Of a stretch of DNA of 64,000 nt, positions 17,412 through 28,141 are shown in pieces. Every line of letters starts with the position of its first letter. The stretch's first letter is position 1. The notes beneath the pieces were generated by a model. The model ran no database searches. It was given only the letters and a program-made list of their open reading frames with translations, and was not told where the DNA came from. The translations under genes and the position numbers were made by a program. The DNA comes from Bacteroidales bacterium. GTDB lineage: Bacteria > Bacteroidota > Bacteroidia > Bacteroidales > UBA10428. The stretch spans positions 628-64,627 of the forward strand of contig JAFGTR010000020.1 of NCBI GenBank assembly GCA_016934055.1. Direction: 5' to 3'.

Positions 17412-18040
17412 TAATAAAACTGGTAATAAATCCCGAATGTCAGATAGTTGTTATAATCTCCCGTGTTATAACCAAACAGATTGCCAATCCAGCCATAATT
17501 GCTGTAAAGATTCTGATACGTGTGGATTGACATCAGTGAATAGGAATACCGGGCGTTTACAATGAAGTTTTCAGTGATCTTATAATTCACACCGGCTAAC
17601 CAGGCAATGTCAATGATGTTATAGTCTACCAGGAAATCCTGCGGCAGCCTGCCTCCGTTATCCTCTCCATTCTTTGCAAACAAATAACCCGGCACAATGC
17701 CCAGGTCGAAGATGACTTTCTTTTTAAAGGTATAGGTCAGCATCAGAGGCAGGTCAATATAATGCAATGCCAGCTTATACACCTCAGTATCCTCTGATGA
17801 GGTAGGCTTCCGCGCACCTTTCCCGGCATACCTTATTTCAAGCTGGGCTCCGAAATTGTATTTAAACCTTGTGTTGACAAAAACACCGCCCTGAAGGCCT
17901 ATCTTATTAAAACCGCCATAAGAGTCCCCGTCAACCTGACTCGCCGTCACACCGGCCAGCACCCCCCCCTGAAAGCGCTGCGCTGATAAAGGGTAAAATG
18001 ACAGAATCAATACAATGACAATGATGTGGCAAATTTTCAT
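17411..18040 (-). CDS. outer-membrane beta-barrel protein (porin-family/OMP_b-brl_2-like)
   Basis: 209 aa. Signal peptide MKICHIIVIVLILSFYPLSAQ, alternating aromatic/hydrophobic strand pattern, and an aromatic C-terminus YYQFY. Confidence 0.6.
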   Translation of the reverse strand: MKICHIIVIVLILSFYPLSAQRFQGGVLAGVTASQVDGDSYGGFNKIGLQGGVFVNTRFKYNFGAQLEIRYAGKGARKPTSSEDTEVYKLALHYIDLPLMLTYTFKKKVIFDLGIVPGYLFAKNGEDNGGRLPQDFLVDYNIIDIAWLAGVNYKITENFIVNARYSYSLMSIHTYQNLYSNYGWIGNLFGYNTGDYNNYLTFGIYYQFY

Positions 18041-18084
18041 ATTTTTATATGCTTTGAAGAGACGCGATACATCGCTTCTCTGCG

Positions 18085-18783
18085 TTATTCCTGTTTGTAT
18101 TCTTTCCGAAGAATCTCCTGCAGCATGGCAACACCCTTTCCGGCCTTTTCTTTAATAACCCTGACCTTTCTGTATAACGGAATTTCTAAGTCGTTCGGAT
18201 CAATCAAAAAAACCGGCACCTGCCCGTGCACATAATCAATTAATCCGGCTGCCGGATAAACAACAAGCGATGACCCGATTACCACAAAAATATCAGCTGA
18301 TGCTACCAGTATTGCTGCTTCTTCAATGGCCGGTACCGGCTCTCCAAACCAAACAATATTGGGTCTCAGCTGATAACCTTTTTCACAGGTATCCCCCTCA
18401 TTGATTTCACCGTAACCGATATCATACACTAAACCGGTATCATATGTACTGCGGGCCTGTGTCAGAATGCCGTGCAGATGCATTACATTTATGCTTCCGG
18501 CTTTTTCATGCAGATTGTCAACATTTTGTGTAATAATGTGCACATCAAAATCATGTTCCAGTTCTTTTAACCCGGTATGGCCGGCATTCGGCAAAGCATT
18601 CTTCAATTGTGCCCTTCTTTCATTATAGAACCTTAAAACCAGTTGTCTGTTCCTGGCCCAGCCTTCCGGACTGGCAACCTCCATCACATCATATTCTTCC
18701 CATAAACCTCCGGTCTCACGGAAGGTTTTAAGACCGCTCTCGGCACTCATTCCCGATCCCGTAAGGACAACAAGCTTTTTCAT
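18085..18783 (-). CDS. cobB: NAD-dependent protein deacylase (Sir2 family)
   Basis: The track ORF extends to 18801; the likely start is MKKLVVLTG at 18783. Motifs GSGMSAESGLKTFR, QNVDNLH, HLHG and VIGSSLVVYPAA are present. Confidence 0.85.
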   Translation of the reverse strand: MKKLVVLTGSGMSAESGLKTFRETGGLWEEYDVMEVASPEGWARNRQLVLRFYNERRAQLKNALPNAGHTGLKELEHDFDVHIITQNVDNLHEKAGSINVMHLHGILTQARSTYDTGLVYDIGYGEINEGDTCEKGYQLRPNIVWFGEPVPAIEEAAILVASADIFVVIGSSLVVYPAAGLIDYVHGQVPVFLIDPNDLEIPLYRKVRVIKEKAGKGVAMLQEILRKEYKQE

Positions 18784-18864
18784 TGAATATTGTTTTGGCA
18801 TAACAAATTTAAAATAATATTTGCAACTTTGTCCCCTGTTACAGCTTTACTCATCCTGCGGGGT

Positions 18865-20817
18865 ATGATTGACAAACAAACCATCGATAAAATTTTTTCA
18901 GCCGCTGATATTGTTGAAGTCATCAGCGAATTTGTTACACTTAAAAAATCCGGTCAGAGTTTTAAAGGCCTGAGTCCCTTTAAAAATGAAAAGACACCTT
19001 CATTCTTTGTCTCTCCAGCCAAAGGCATATTCAAATGTTTCAGTTCAGGTATAGGCGGCAACGTGGTTAACTTTCTGATGGAACATGAAAAACTCTCTTA
19101 TCCTGAAGCCTTACGATACCTGGCCAGAAAATACAATATCGAAATTGTTGAGAAAGAAGAAAGCATTGAAGAAAAACAACTTAAAAACGAGAGAGAAAGC
19201 CTGCTGGCCATCAACACTTTTGCCGGAGAGTATTTTTCTTCATTGCTTAAAACAGAAGAGGGCAGAGCTATTGGTAAAAGTTATTTTCTTGAAAGAGGCC
19301 TGAGGGAAACAAGTATTGAGAAATTTCAACTGGGGTATGCAAGAGAAGACAGATCAGCGTTTACCAGGGCAGCCATTGATAAAGGCTTTAAACCGGAGTT
19401 CCTGGTTAAAACAGGACTTACAATTCAAAAAGAAAATGATTACCGTTTTGATCGTTTTCACGGAAGAGTGATCTTTCCCATTCACAGCCTTTCAGGACAG
19501 ATTATCGGATTTGCCGGAAGAATTTTAAAAGCTGATGACAAAGCGGCCAAGTATATTAACTCACCTGAATCGGAGATATATCATAAAAGTCAGGTTCTTT
19601 ACGGCCTGTATTTTTCAAAACTTGCAATTGCCAAAGAAGACAAGTGTTACCTGGTAGAAGGATATACCGATGTTATTTCTATGTTTCAAACCGGTATTGA
19701 AAACGTTGTTTCATCATCAGGCACATCATTAACAGTAGAACAGATCAGACTGCTTAAACGGTTTACAAAAAACATCACGGTTCTTTATGATGGCGATGAG
19801 GCAGGTATCAAAGCCTCTATCAGGGGTATTGATATCCTGCTTGAGGAAGGAATGAACGTCAGGGTTGTCCTCCTTCCGCAGGATGAAGATCCTGATTCAT
19901 TTGCCCGCCACCACAACTCTCAGGAATTTATGAATTATATCTCTGAAAATGAATGTGATTTCATAACCTTCAAAACCAAACTGCTGATTAAAGATGCCAA
20001 AAACGATCCGATCCGCAAATCATCATTGATATCTGATATCGTTCGTTCAATCGCTGTTATACCTGAAAGCATTCCAAGATCGGTATACATACGTGAATGC
20101 AGCAAGCTGCTTGATGTTGATGAAAAAATACTTGTTACCGAAACATCAAAAATCAGAAGAACCCGCTTTGATCAAAAGGTCAGACAGGCAGGCCGTACTG
20201 TTGAACTTCCGGCTTTTGATTCAAAACCATTACCACAATTGCCGGCCGTTATTGTAAAATACCAGGCCGAAAAAGAGGTCATCAGACTTTTGCTGATTTA
20301 TGAAAACCAAAGCTTCACCATTAAAGATACCGAGAATAAACTGCACGAGGTTTCTGTTAAAGAATACCTCTTGCATGAGATAGAAAACGATGAGCTTGAA
20401 TTTCAACATCCCATATTTCATCAAATATTCAGTGAAATTAAGGAATACTATTACAGAAATGAAGCTCTTCCTGAGAAGCATTTCATCTTCCATCATGATA
20501 GTGCTGTCAGCAGTGCTGTAGTCGACCTTTTAACTTCAAACAATTATAACCTTAGCAAAATCTGGCACAGGTATGAAAGTTTTGTGGCTTCCGAAGATAT
20601 GAAACTGGCAGAGATCGTTCCTGAAGCCCTGATGGCTTTTAAAATAGACAGAGTGCTGAGGATGCTGAAAGAAACCGAAGATTCTCTGAAAAATGCACAG
20701 GAAAACAACGATATCGATAACATTGATACACTTCAAAACAAATATATAATTTTAAACAATCTAAAACGGGAACTTTCAAAAGGTCTCGGAGAAAGAATAA
20801 TCATCTCACATTCATGA
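18865..20817 (+). CDS. dnaG: DNA primase
   Basis: The track ORF starts at 18790; I start at MIDKQTIDKIFSAADIVEVISEF (18865). An N-terminal zf-CHC2-like region, TOPRIM (LVEGYTDVIS ... LYDGDEAG) and a C-terminal helicase-interaction region are present. Three of the four canonical Zn ligands are substituted (see findings). Confidence 0.9.
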   Translation: MIDKQTIDKIFSAADIVEVISEFVTLKKSGQSFKGLSPFKNEKTPSFFVSPAKGIFKCFSSGIGGNVVNFLMEHEKLSYPEALRYLARKYNIEIVEKEESIEEKQLKNERESLLAINTFAGEYFSSLLKTEEGRAIGKSYFLERGLRETSIEKFQLGYAREDRSAFTRAAIDKGFKPEFLVKTGLTIQKENDYRFDRFHGRVIFPIHSLSGQIIGFAGRILKADDKAAKYINSPESEIYHKSQVLYGLYFSKLAIAKEDKCYLVEGYTDVISMFQTGIENVVSSSGTSLTVEQIRLLKRFTKNITVLYDGDEAGIKASIRGIDILLEEGMNVRVVLLPQDEDPDSFARHHNSQEFMNYISENECDFITFKTKLLIKDAKNDPIRKSSLISDIVRSIAVIPESIPRSVYIRECSKLLDVDEKILVTETSKIRRTRFDQKVRQAGRTVELPAFDSKPLPQLPAVIVKYQAEKEVIRLLLIYENQSFTIKDTENKLHEVSVKEYLLHEIENDELEFQHPIFHQIFSEIKEYYYRNEALPEKHFIFHHDSAVSSAVVDLLTSNNYNLSKIWHRYESFVASEDMKLAEIVPEALMAFKIDRVLRMLKETEDSLKNAQENNDIDNIDTLQNKYIILNNLKRELSKGLGERIIISHS

Positions 20818-21263
20818 AAGATAAAACCCCTGAATACAGACCAATAACCATGACAAGGCTTCTTCCGACTTTCCTGACTTCATTCTGGAAAACTATTCTC
20901 TGCACTGTCGTTATTATTATACTCAGCTTCTTACCTGGCAGTTCTTTTGAAAAAGTAAGATTTTTTGATTTCAGTTTTCAGGACCTTTTCGTTCATTTTG
21001 TAATGTATGCTGTTTTCACTGCTTTAATTATACTGGAGCTTTCACGGAAACCTTATCGTCTGATGAATTCAAAATTCTGGTGGTTGTTTCCCCTCTTGTT
21101 AACAGCAGTATTAGGATTGATAACAGAGTCGGTTCAGAGATTATGGATTGCCGGCAGAGATGGTAATGTTGTTGACTTTTTCTTTAACATGTGTGGTTCA
21201 GCCTTGGTAATCGTACTTTACCGTATCTTTTATTTCCCTTACCATAAACAAAAAACAAACTAA
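20814..21263 (+). CDS. VanZ-like family membrane protein
   Basis: 149 aa with four hydrophobic helices. DLFVHFVMYAVFTAL and GRDGNVVDFFFNMCGSALV resemble the VanZ pattern. Moderate confidence only. Confidence 0.5.
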   Translation: MKDKTPEYRPITMTRLLPTFLTSFWKTILCTVVIIILSFLPGSSFEKVRFFDFSFQDLFVHFVMYAVFTALIILELSRKPYRLMNSKFWWLFPLLLTAVLGLITESVQRLWIAGRDGNVVDFFFNMCGSALVIVLYRIFYFPYHKQKTN

Positions 21264-21398
21264 GAACAGAATTCATCCCTTATACAGTGTTTTGCATGAA
21301 TAACCCGAATAACCAAGGGTTTGACCATCAACGTGCAACCTTTCTGAGGTCAGACAGGTGTTGGTCAGCTTCGTTCTCTTCCTGCAAACCGCTTTTCA

Positions 21399-21830
21399 CT
21401 AAATTATGATGTTTTGGTTTTTCCTTATTTCATCAGCCAGGTTTCCTATGTTCTGTTCCTTGAACATAGACTTTATCTGTTTCCGTATTTCTTCGTATTT
21501 ATCATGCATAGGGCATGGATGACCGTTTTCCCTGCACGACCTTAAAGATATGATGCATTTCTCAAACAGATCATCGCCATCAAATAAAATAACAATATCA
21601 AAAAGGGTTATTTTATAGGGATCCTTCAAAAGTCCGAAACCGCCATTCGGACCTTTTGTGGATGAAAAAATCCTGTTCTTTGCCAATACCTGTAAAATCT
21701 TAGCTAAAAAAGGAGAGGGAATCGATAAATCTTTTGAAATAACCTTTATCCCAACCTTACTTGATTTGTCTGTATTCAACGCTAAATAAAGAGCTGCTCT
21801 TATAGCGTATTTGCATGTATTTGACAACAT
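21399..21830 (-). CDS. Rrf2 family transcriptional regulator (three-Cys, probably Fe-S binding)
   Basis: 143 aa. N-terminal wHTH MLSNTCKYAIRAALYLA and the Cys cluster CIISLRSCRENGHPCPMH. Confidence 0.85.
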   Translation of the reverse strand: MLSNTCKYAIRAALYLALNTDKSSKVGIKVISKDLSIPSPFLAKILQVLAKNRIFSSTKGPNGGFGLLKDPYKITLFDIVILFDGDDLFEKCIISLRSCRENGHPCPMHDKYEEIRKQIKSMFKEQNIGNLADEIRKNQNIII

Positions 21831-21834
21831 AAGT

Positions 21835-22278
21835 TCAGCATTTTATAGGAATTTTTTCTATCCTTCTCTGATGTCTGCCTCCGTCAAAAGGCGTATCAAT
21901 AAAAATATCCACAATTTCACAGGCCAGTTCAAACGAAATAAACCGTGCCGGCAATGCACAAATATTGGCATTATTATGCCTCCGCGCCAGTTCGGCAATA
22001 TCTGCTCTCCAGCACAATGCCGAACGTATTTCAGGATGCTTGTTTGCTGTAATATTAATGCCGTTACCACTGCCACACAATGAAATTCCTGCATCATATC
22101 TGCCACTTGCAACATGCTCGGCAAGAGCATGTCCGTATTCAGGATAATCCGTACTTTCACCGGAATCAGTTCCCAGATCCTCAATTATGAATTGTTTTTC
22201 TTTTAAATATTCAATAAGCCTGACTTTCAATTCATATCCTGCATGATCACAGGCTATGACAATTTTTTTCTGTTTCAT
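21835..22278 (-). CDS. rpiB: ribose-5-phosphate isomerase B
   Basis: 147 aa. IACDHAGYELK, SLCGSGNGINITANKH and a full-length RpiB/LacAB pattern. Confidence 0.9.
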   Translation of the reverse strand: MKQKKIVIACDHAGYELKVRLIEYLKEKQFIIEDLGTDSGESTDYPEYGHALAEHVASGRYDAGISLCGSGNGINITANKHPEIRSALCWRADIAELARRHNNANICALPARFISFELACEIVDIFIDTPFDGGRHQRRIEKIPIKC

Positions 22279-22733
22279 CTTCTGTTAATAATCATCACAA
22301 AGATAATAAATAAGATATTTCCATCCGCATATATTTTATTCATAAAACCTGTTTTTTCACTGATAACAGACACTTTTCAGCAGATTTGACCATGAATTGT
22401 TAATTTCCTTTTTAATAAAAGTTAAAAAAACGTTAATAAAAATTCTCTTTTCATCAATATGAACAAATCCTGATAAAAAACATACACAAAGACAATATTT
22501 ATAAAAATGATTTAACAAAAATTCAACAGGTGTTTTATCAAATTTTTCTGTCTAATTTTACACATTCACCTTTATGAACCGTTGTTAATATTTTTGTAAT
22601 GTATTATTTTTCAGTAAAAAGTTTTCATTTATCCCTGTTAAAATCTGTTTATAACCAAACAACGCAAGTTTTATTTAGTAAAAATTTCAACCATATTAAA
22701 AGAATAATATTATAATAGGTAAATTTTTTAAAA

Positions 22734-23735
22734 ATGAATAATAATGTATATAATGATTTGTTAATTCATGGATTCATACAGGAAAAAGTTGATGAAGATG
22801 TTGATATTGTAAAAGAGATACTTAAACTTAAAGAAGAGAAAAATGCCATAATACTGGCTCATTACTATGAGATAGCAGAAATACAGGATATTGCTGATTT
22901 TATTGGTGATAGTCTTGAATTATCAAAACAGGCAGCAGAGACAAATGCTGACATTATCGTGTTTTGCGGTGTCCATTTCATGGCTGAAACAGCAAAAATA
23001 CTATCACCACAAAAGAAAGTTTTGTTGCCTGATTTAAAAGCCGGGTGTTCACTGGCTGATTCATGTCCTGAACAAGAGTTCGAAAAATTTATTGCACAAT
23101 ATCCTGAACATATTGTTATTAGTTATATCAATACAACTGCAGGAATAAAAGCGCTGACTGATATTATATGTACATCGTCGAATGCAGCGAAAATCATAAA
23201 CAGTTTACCGGAAGAACAGAAAATCATTTTTGCACCGGATAAAAACCTGGGAGATTATTTAAACAGTATTACAGGAAGAAAAATGGTTGTTTGGAATGGC
23301 GCCTGTCATGTACATGAAAGATTTTCATTGGAAAAGATAGTGGCGTTGAAAAATGAAAATCCGGATGCTAAAATACTGGCACATCCTGAGTGTGAGAAAC
23401 CTGTTTTAATAATGGCTGATTATATTGGATCTACATCAGCATTGTTGAAATATAGCGTAAATGATAAGGCAGAAAAATATATCGTTGCAACTGAATCGGG
23501 GATATTGCATCAAATGAAAAGGAAAAGTCCGGAAAAAAGTTTTATTCCTGCACCACCTGATGATTCAACATGCGGATGCAACGAATGCAATTTTATGAAG
23601 TTAAATACATTGGAAAAAGTTTATTTATGCATGAAATATGAACTGCCTGAGATAATAATAGAAGAAGATATGAGAAAAAGGGCTGAAAAATCTATTTTAA
23701 AAATGATGGAAATATCAAATAAACCTGGTTTATGA
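22734..23735 (+). CDS. nadA: quinolinate synthase
   Basis: 333 aa. [34 protein letters not shown], the three Fe-S Cys regions and CNECNFMK. Confidence 0.9.
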   Translation: MNNNVYNDLLIHGFIQEKVDEDVDIVKEILKLKEEKNAIILAHYYEIAEIQDIADFIGDSLELSKQAAETNADIIVFCGVHFMAETAKILSPQKKVLLPDLKAGCSLADSCPEQEFEKFIAQYPEHIVISYINTTAGIKALTDIICTSSNAAKIINSLPEEQKIIFAPDKNLGDYLNSITGRKMVVWNGACHVHERFSLEKIVALKNENPDAKILAHPECEKPVLIMADYIGSTSALLKYSVNDKAEKYIVATESGILHQMKRKSPEKSFIPAPPDDSTCGCNECNFMKLNTLEKVYLCMKYELPEIIIEEDMRKRAEKSILKMMEISNKPGL

Positions 23736-25312
23736 AAAAGCATTTTTATAAAAAATATATTTTTTTGCTTTGTGCGGCTTTTATAGCAGATAATGCAATA
23801 TTTGCACAGGAGGATATTATAAAGGACGGATATAATGTATTTTATTATCCTACAGGAAAAAAATCAAGTGAAGGAACAATGAGAAACGGAAAACCTGACG
23901 GATACTGGAAAACATATTATCCAAGCGGTATAATAAAATCAGAAGGAAACAGAAGAAATCATTTGCTGGATAGTGTATGGACCTTTTACAATGAAAGAGG
24001 AGATACATTACAAAAAATCAGTTATTTATTTGGAAAAAGAAATGGATACAGTATTACATATAATGTTAATGAGAAAGGTGATCCGATAAATTTTGGCAAG
24101 ATAGTATCTAAGGAGTTATATGTCAATGACAAAAAGGAAGGATTGTCATTTTATTATTACAAAAACGGGCTTTTGAAAGAGAAAGTAGAATATAAAAATA
24201 ACAGAAGAAATGGTAAAGCAACTGAATATGATATGAATGGAAAGATTATTACAATTCAGCAATTTTCAGATGGTGTACTGACAGACAGACAAAAGATAAA
24301 CAGAAGCGATAAAAGTGAATTAAAACAGGGATTTTGGCAGGAATATTACGATAATGGACGGGTAAAAAAGGAAATGTATTATAAAGATGATGTTTTAAAT
24401 GGTCAGTATAAAGAGTATGATGAAAATGGAAATGTTAATCTTGTATTAAACTACAGAGAAGGTATTATTATTGAAGAAGTTGAAGAAGACACATTTGATA
24501 TAGATGTTATAAACAGGTACGATGAAAATGGTAACCTGGTTTTTTCAGGAACATACAGAATGGGAACACCAATTGGAATACACAGAAATTTTAACAGTGA
24601 GGGAAAAGTAGTTAATGCTATAATTTTTAATGATAAAGGTATAAAAACAGGTGAGGGTATATTAACAAAAGAAGGAATGAAAGAGGGCGAATGGAAGTAT
24701 TATTATGAAAATGGATTTGTAAGAGCGGAAGGAAAGTATAACAATAATCATGAAACAGGCCAATGGAAATATTTTTCAAACGATGGAAAACTAATACAGA
24801 CAGGTGTTTATAAAAGCGGTAAATTTGATGGAAGATGGACATGGTATTATGATAACGGCAGTTTGAAAAGAGAAGAAGAATATTATAACGGAAAAGAAGA
24901 GGGTATTTATACAGAATATGATACAATTGGTAATATAATAGCAAGTGGCAACTATTTTGATGGTGAAAGGGAAGGGGAATGGTTTTATAAAGTGAATGAT
25001 TATATTGAAAAAGGTAAGTATGTCGGAGGATTAAGGGATGGGAAATGGGAAGCTTATTATTTAAATGAAAAGTTGCGTTATGAAGGAAATTATATCCAGG
25101 GAAATCCTGACGGAGTGCATAGATTTTATTATGAAGATGGAAAGGTAAAGGAAGAACAGTATTACAATTCGGGAATGAGGGAAAAGAACTGGAAAAAATA
25201 CAATGAAAACGGGGAACTGGTCATTACAATTACATATAAGGATAATAAAGAAATAAGGATAAATGGAGAAAGAATAAGGTTTGAAGGTGAAGATATTAAA
25301 ATAATTAAATGA
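23732..25312 (+). CDS. secreted MORN-repeat (YwqK-like) protein
   Basis: 526 aa. Signal peptide [26 protein letters not shown] followed by about 20 degenerate G.W..YY.NG.lk.e..Y..gk..G repeats. Confidence 0.75.
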   Translation: MKKHFYKKYIFLLCAAFIADNAIFAQEDIIKDGYNVFYYPTGKKSSEGTMRNGKPDGYWKTYYPSGIIKSEGNRRNHLLDSVWTFYNERGDTLQKISYLFGKRNGYSITYNVNEKGDPINFGKIVSKELYVNDKKEGLSFYYYKNGLLKEKVEYKNNRRNGKATEYDMNGKIITIQQFSDGVLTDRQKINRSDKSELKQGFWQEYYDNGRVKKEMYYKDDVLNGQYKEYDENGNVNLVLNYREGIIIEEVEEDTFDIDVINRYDENGNLVFSGTYRMGTPIGIHRNFNSEGKVVNAIIFNDKGIKTGEGILTKEGMKEGEWKYYYENGFVRAEGKYNNNHETGQWKYFSNDGKLIQTGVYKSGKFDGRWTWYYDNGSLKREEEYYNGKEEGIYTEYDTIGNIIASGNYFDGEREGEWFYKVNDYIEKGKYVGGLRDGKWEAYYLNEKLRYEGNYIQGNPDGVHRFYYEDGKVKEEQYYNSGMREKNWKKYNENGELVITITYKDNKEIRINGERIRFEGEDIKIIK

Positions 25313-25324
25313 TTTCAAAAAGAG

Positions 25325-26347
25325 ATGACAGATGATCTGAACATTCATAATTACAATATTGGAGAAGAGGAGAAAGAAATAGATAAACAATTGCGTCCGC
25401 AACGTTTTGAAGAATTCGGTGGTCAGGAAAAGATTGTTTCAAATCTGAAAGTTTTCGTAAAAGCAGCAATACTGAGAAAAGAATCTTTGGATCATGTGCT
25501 TTTATCAGGACCGCCAGGATTGGGTAAAACAACGCTTGCCAATATTATAGCAAAAGAACTGGGAAGCAATATCAGAAATACTTCAGGACCGGTTTTGGAA
25601 AAAGCAGGTGATCTTGCCGGAATTCTTACAAATCTTGAAAGAAATGATGTTTTATTCATTGATGAGATACACAGGCTCAGTTCTGTCGTGGAAGAATTTC
25701 TTTATTCTGCAATGGAAGATTATAAAATTGATCTTGTAATAGATAAGGGCCCAAGTGCAAGATCGGTTCAAATACAGATAAATCCATTTACATTAATTGG
25801 TGCTACAACGCGTTCAGGTTTATTAACAAGTCCTTTAAGAGCAAGGTTTGGCATAAATTCACACCTGGAATACTATAATCATGAGATATTGAAGAACATT
25901 GTTATTCGTTCCGCAAGCATACTGGATATAGAAATTGCAGAAGATGCGGCACAGGAAATAGCATCACGTTCAAGGGGAACACCAAGAATAGCCAATTCAT
26001 TATTGAGGAGAATAAGGGATTTTGCTCAGGTTAAGAATATGAAAGTCATAGATATCCATATTACGCGTTTTGGACTTGAAGCTCTTAACATTGATAAAAG
26101 AGGATTGGACGACATGGATAACAAGATCATTGCAGTTATTATAGATAAGTTCAATGGAGGTCCGGTTGGATTGGGGACAATTGCAACAGCTGTGAGTGAA
26201 GACCCGGGTACTATTGAAGAAGTTTATGAGCCATTTCTTATCAAAGAAGGTTTAATAAAAAGGACACCCAGGGGAAGGGAAGCAACTGATTTGGCTTACA
26301 AACATTTAGGCAGACCAGGGCAAGGAGAGTTTACATTACCTTTTTAG
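25325..26347 (+). CDS. ruvB: Holliday junction branch migration DNA helicase RuvB
   Basis: 340 aa. LRPQRFEEFGGQ, Walker A GPPGLGKTT, Walker B LFIDEIHRL and RGTPRIANSLLRR. Confidence 0.95.
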   Translation: MTDDLNIHNYNIGEEEKEIDKQLRPQRFEEFGGQEKIVSNLKVFVKAAILRKESLDHVLLSGPPGLGKTTLANIIAKELGSNIRNTSGPVLEKAGDLAGILTNLERNDVLFIDEIHRLSSVVEEFLYSAMEDYKIDLVIDKGPSARSVQIQINPFTLIGATTRSGLLTSPLRARFGINSHLEYYNHEILKNIVIRSASILDIEIAEDAAQEIASRSRGTPRIANSLLRRIRDFAQVKNMKVIDIHITRFGLEALNIDKRGLDDMDNKIIAVIIDKFNGGPVGLGTIATAVSEDPGTIEEVYEPFLIKEGLIKRTPRGREATDLAYKHLGRPGQGEFTLPF

Positions 26348-27360
26348 GAATTGGTAAACTGGTGTAAAAAACGAATGTCATTTTCAAAATAAAGGCGAAG
26401 ATCGTTGACCTGGTATTTTAGCATGGCAATTCGTTCAATACCCATACCAAATGCAAAACCGGTGTATTCATTACTGTCGATACCGGAAGCATCAAGAACG
26501 TTAGGATCAACCATACCACAGCCAAGAATTTCAAGGAATCCGGTATATTTGCAAACATTACATCCCTTGCCTTTACAAATGGAACAAGAGACATCAAGTT
26601 CTGCAGAGGGTTCAGTGAAAGGAAAGAAAGAAGGACGAAGTCTGATTTGCGTTGATTCACCAAACATTTCTTTTGCGAAGAAAAGGAGTGTTTGTTTAAG
26701 ATCGGCAAAAGATACGTTATGATCAACATATAATCCTTCAACCTGATGAAAAATACAATGAGCTCTGGCAGAAATAGCTTCATTGCGAAAGACCCTGCCG
26801 GGAAAAATGTTTCGGATAGGTGGTTTTTGCTTCTCCATGACTCTTACCTGAACAGAAGAAGTATGTGTGCGCAGGAGAACATCAGGATTTAAAGAGATGA
26901 AAAAGGTATCCTGCATATCACGGGCAGGATGATTAAAGGGAAAATTAAGGCCGGTAAAAACATGCCAGTCATCTTCAATTTCAGGACCTTCAGAAACAGT
27001 AAAGCCAATGCGGGAAAATATATCATTGATTTCCCTGCGTATTATAGAAACAGGGTGCCTGGTACCTGAAGAAAAGGGAAAAGAAGGTTTAGTGAGATCA
27101 TCAGAAGAGAAGGGTCCGGAAATGAGGGAGAGGTTCATTTTAAGGCTTTCATATTTGTCAATAGCCTCTATTTTTAGAGAATTCAAATGACGGCCGATTT
27201 CTTTTTTGTTTTCAGAAGAAACAGATTTAAAGGCCTCAAATAAAGATGAAATTTTACCTTTCTTGCTAAGAAAAATAAGTCGGAATTTTTCAAGTTGTTC
27301 TGATGTTGAAACTTCAAAGGCATTTATTTCATCACGGATATGGTTAATGGCATCAAGCAT
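26344..27360 (-). CDS. pheS: phenylalanine--tRNA ligase alpha subunit
   Basis: 338 aa. Class II aaRS motifs (HPARDMQDTFF, FRNEAISARAHCIFHQVEG, GFAFGMGIERIAML). Confidence 0.95.
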   Translation of the reverse strand: MLDAINHIRDEINAFEVSTSEQLEKFRLIFLSKKGKISSLFEAFKSVSSENKKEIGRHLNSLKIEAIDKYESLKMNLSLISGPFSSDDLTKPSFPFSSGTRHPVSIIRREINDIFSRIGFTVSEGPEIEDDWHVFTGLNFPFNHPARDMQDTFFISLNPDVLLRTHTSSVQVRVMEKQKPPIRNIFPGRVFRNEAISARAHCIFHQVEGLYVDHNVSFADLKQTLLFFAKEMFGESTQIRLRPSFFPFTEPSAELDVSCSICKGKGCNVCKYTGFLEILGCGMVDPNVLDASGIDSNEYTGFAFGMGIERIAMLKYQVNDLRLYFENDIRFLHQFTNS

Positions 27361-27365
27361 GAAAG

Positions 27366-28040
27366 TTATTTTTTAGAAATGTAAGCTTTTGTGATAATAA
27401 CATCTTCAACGGGTCTGTCACGGTCGTCGGTTTCAACACAGGATATAAGGTCTACAATATGAATGCCTTCAATTACTTCACCAAAAACAGTGTAGGCATA
27501 ATCAAGATGAGGAGCACCACCGGAAGAAGCATAAGCATTGATTTGTTCATCAGTAAAGCGAATGTGTTGGTTGGAATTTTCCATAGCCCTTAATTGTTCA
27601 GGAGAAAATTTCCTGCCTGATACAATATAAAACTGAGAGCCGGAAGACTCGCGGTTGGGATTAACATTATCAGCTGACCGTGCAGCAGCTACGGCTCCTT
27701 TTTTATGATATAAATGAGGATAGAATTCGGCAGGAATGGTATAACCCGGACCATTAATTCCTAAAGAAACGCCGGGCTTTGCATTCCTTGATGAAGGATC
27801 ACCTGTCTGAATCATAAAATCTTTAATAACGCGATGAAAAAGTAATCCGTTATAATAACCTTCGGAAACAAGCTTAATGAAATTATCCTTATGCATGGAA
27901 GTTTCTTCATAAAGCTTGATTTTAATAATACCTTTGGTGGTTTGGAAAGTAACGATGCTTTCATCGTTTGTCTGACTGTATAATGAAAGAGAGAATAAAA
28001 GAACAGAGACAAAGGAAAGGTTGAATATTATTTCTTTCAT
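27366..28040 (-). CDS. peptidyl-prolyl cis-trans isomerase, cyclophilin type (secreted)
   Basis: The track ORF extends to 28067; I start at MKEIIFNLSF (28040), which gives a signal peptide. Cyclophilin motifs FHRVIKDFMIQTGDP and GSQFYIV are present. Confidence 0.9.
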   Translation of the reverse strand: MKEIIFNLSFVSVLLFSLSLYSQTNDESIVTFQTTKGIIKIKLYEETSMHKDNFIKLVSEGYYNGLLFHRVIKDFMIQTGDPSSRNAKPGVSLGINGPGYTIPAEFYPHLYHKKGAVAAARSADNVNPNRESSGSQFYIVSGRKFSPEQLRAMENSNQHIRFTDEQINAYASSGGAPHLDYAYTVFGEVIEGIHIVDLISCVETDDRDRPVEDVIITKAYISKK

Positions 28041-28141
28041 GCGTAAAGTATTTAAATAATTTTGCAAATATAAAAAAGGCAGACCAAAGAAAGAAAAACG
28101 TATTGATAATATAATAGGAATTAGGGATTACAAAACAGCAA

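Noticed and set aside
18085-18783. The Sir2/CobB protein lacks the two CxxC pairs of the sirtuin zinc ribbon (only one Cys in ...GEINEGDTCEKGYQLRPNIVWFGE)
   Set aside because: I believe short Bacteroidota CobB-type deacylases commonly lack these cysteines, so this is probably a lineage trait. I cannot verify this without an alignment.
22279-22733. Replication origin (oriC) in the AT-rich spacer
   Set aside because: There is only one relaxed DnaA-box match, no cluster of boxes, and no dnaA or dnaN nearby.
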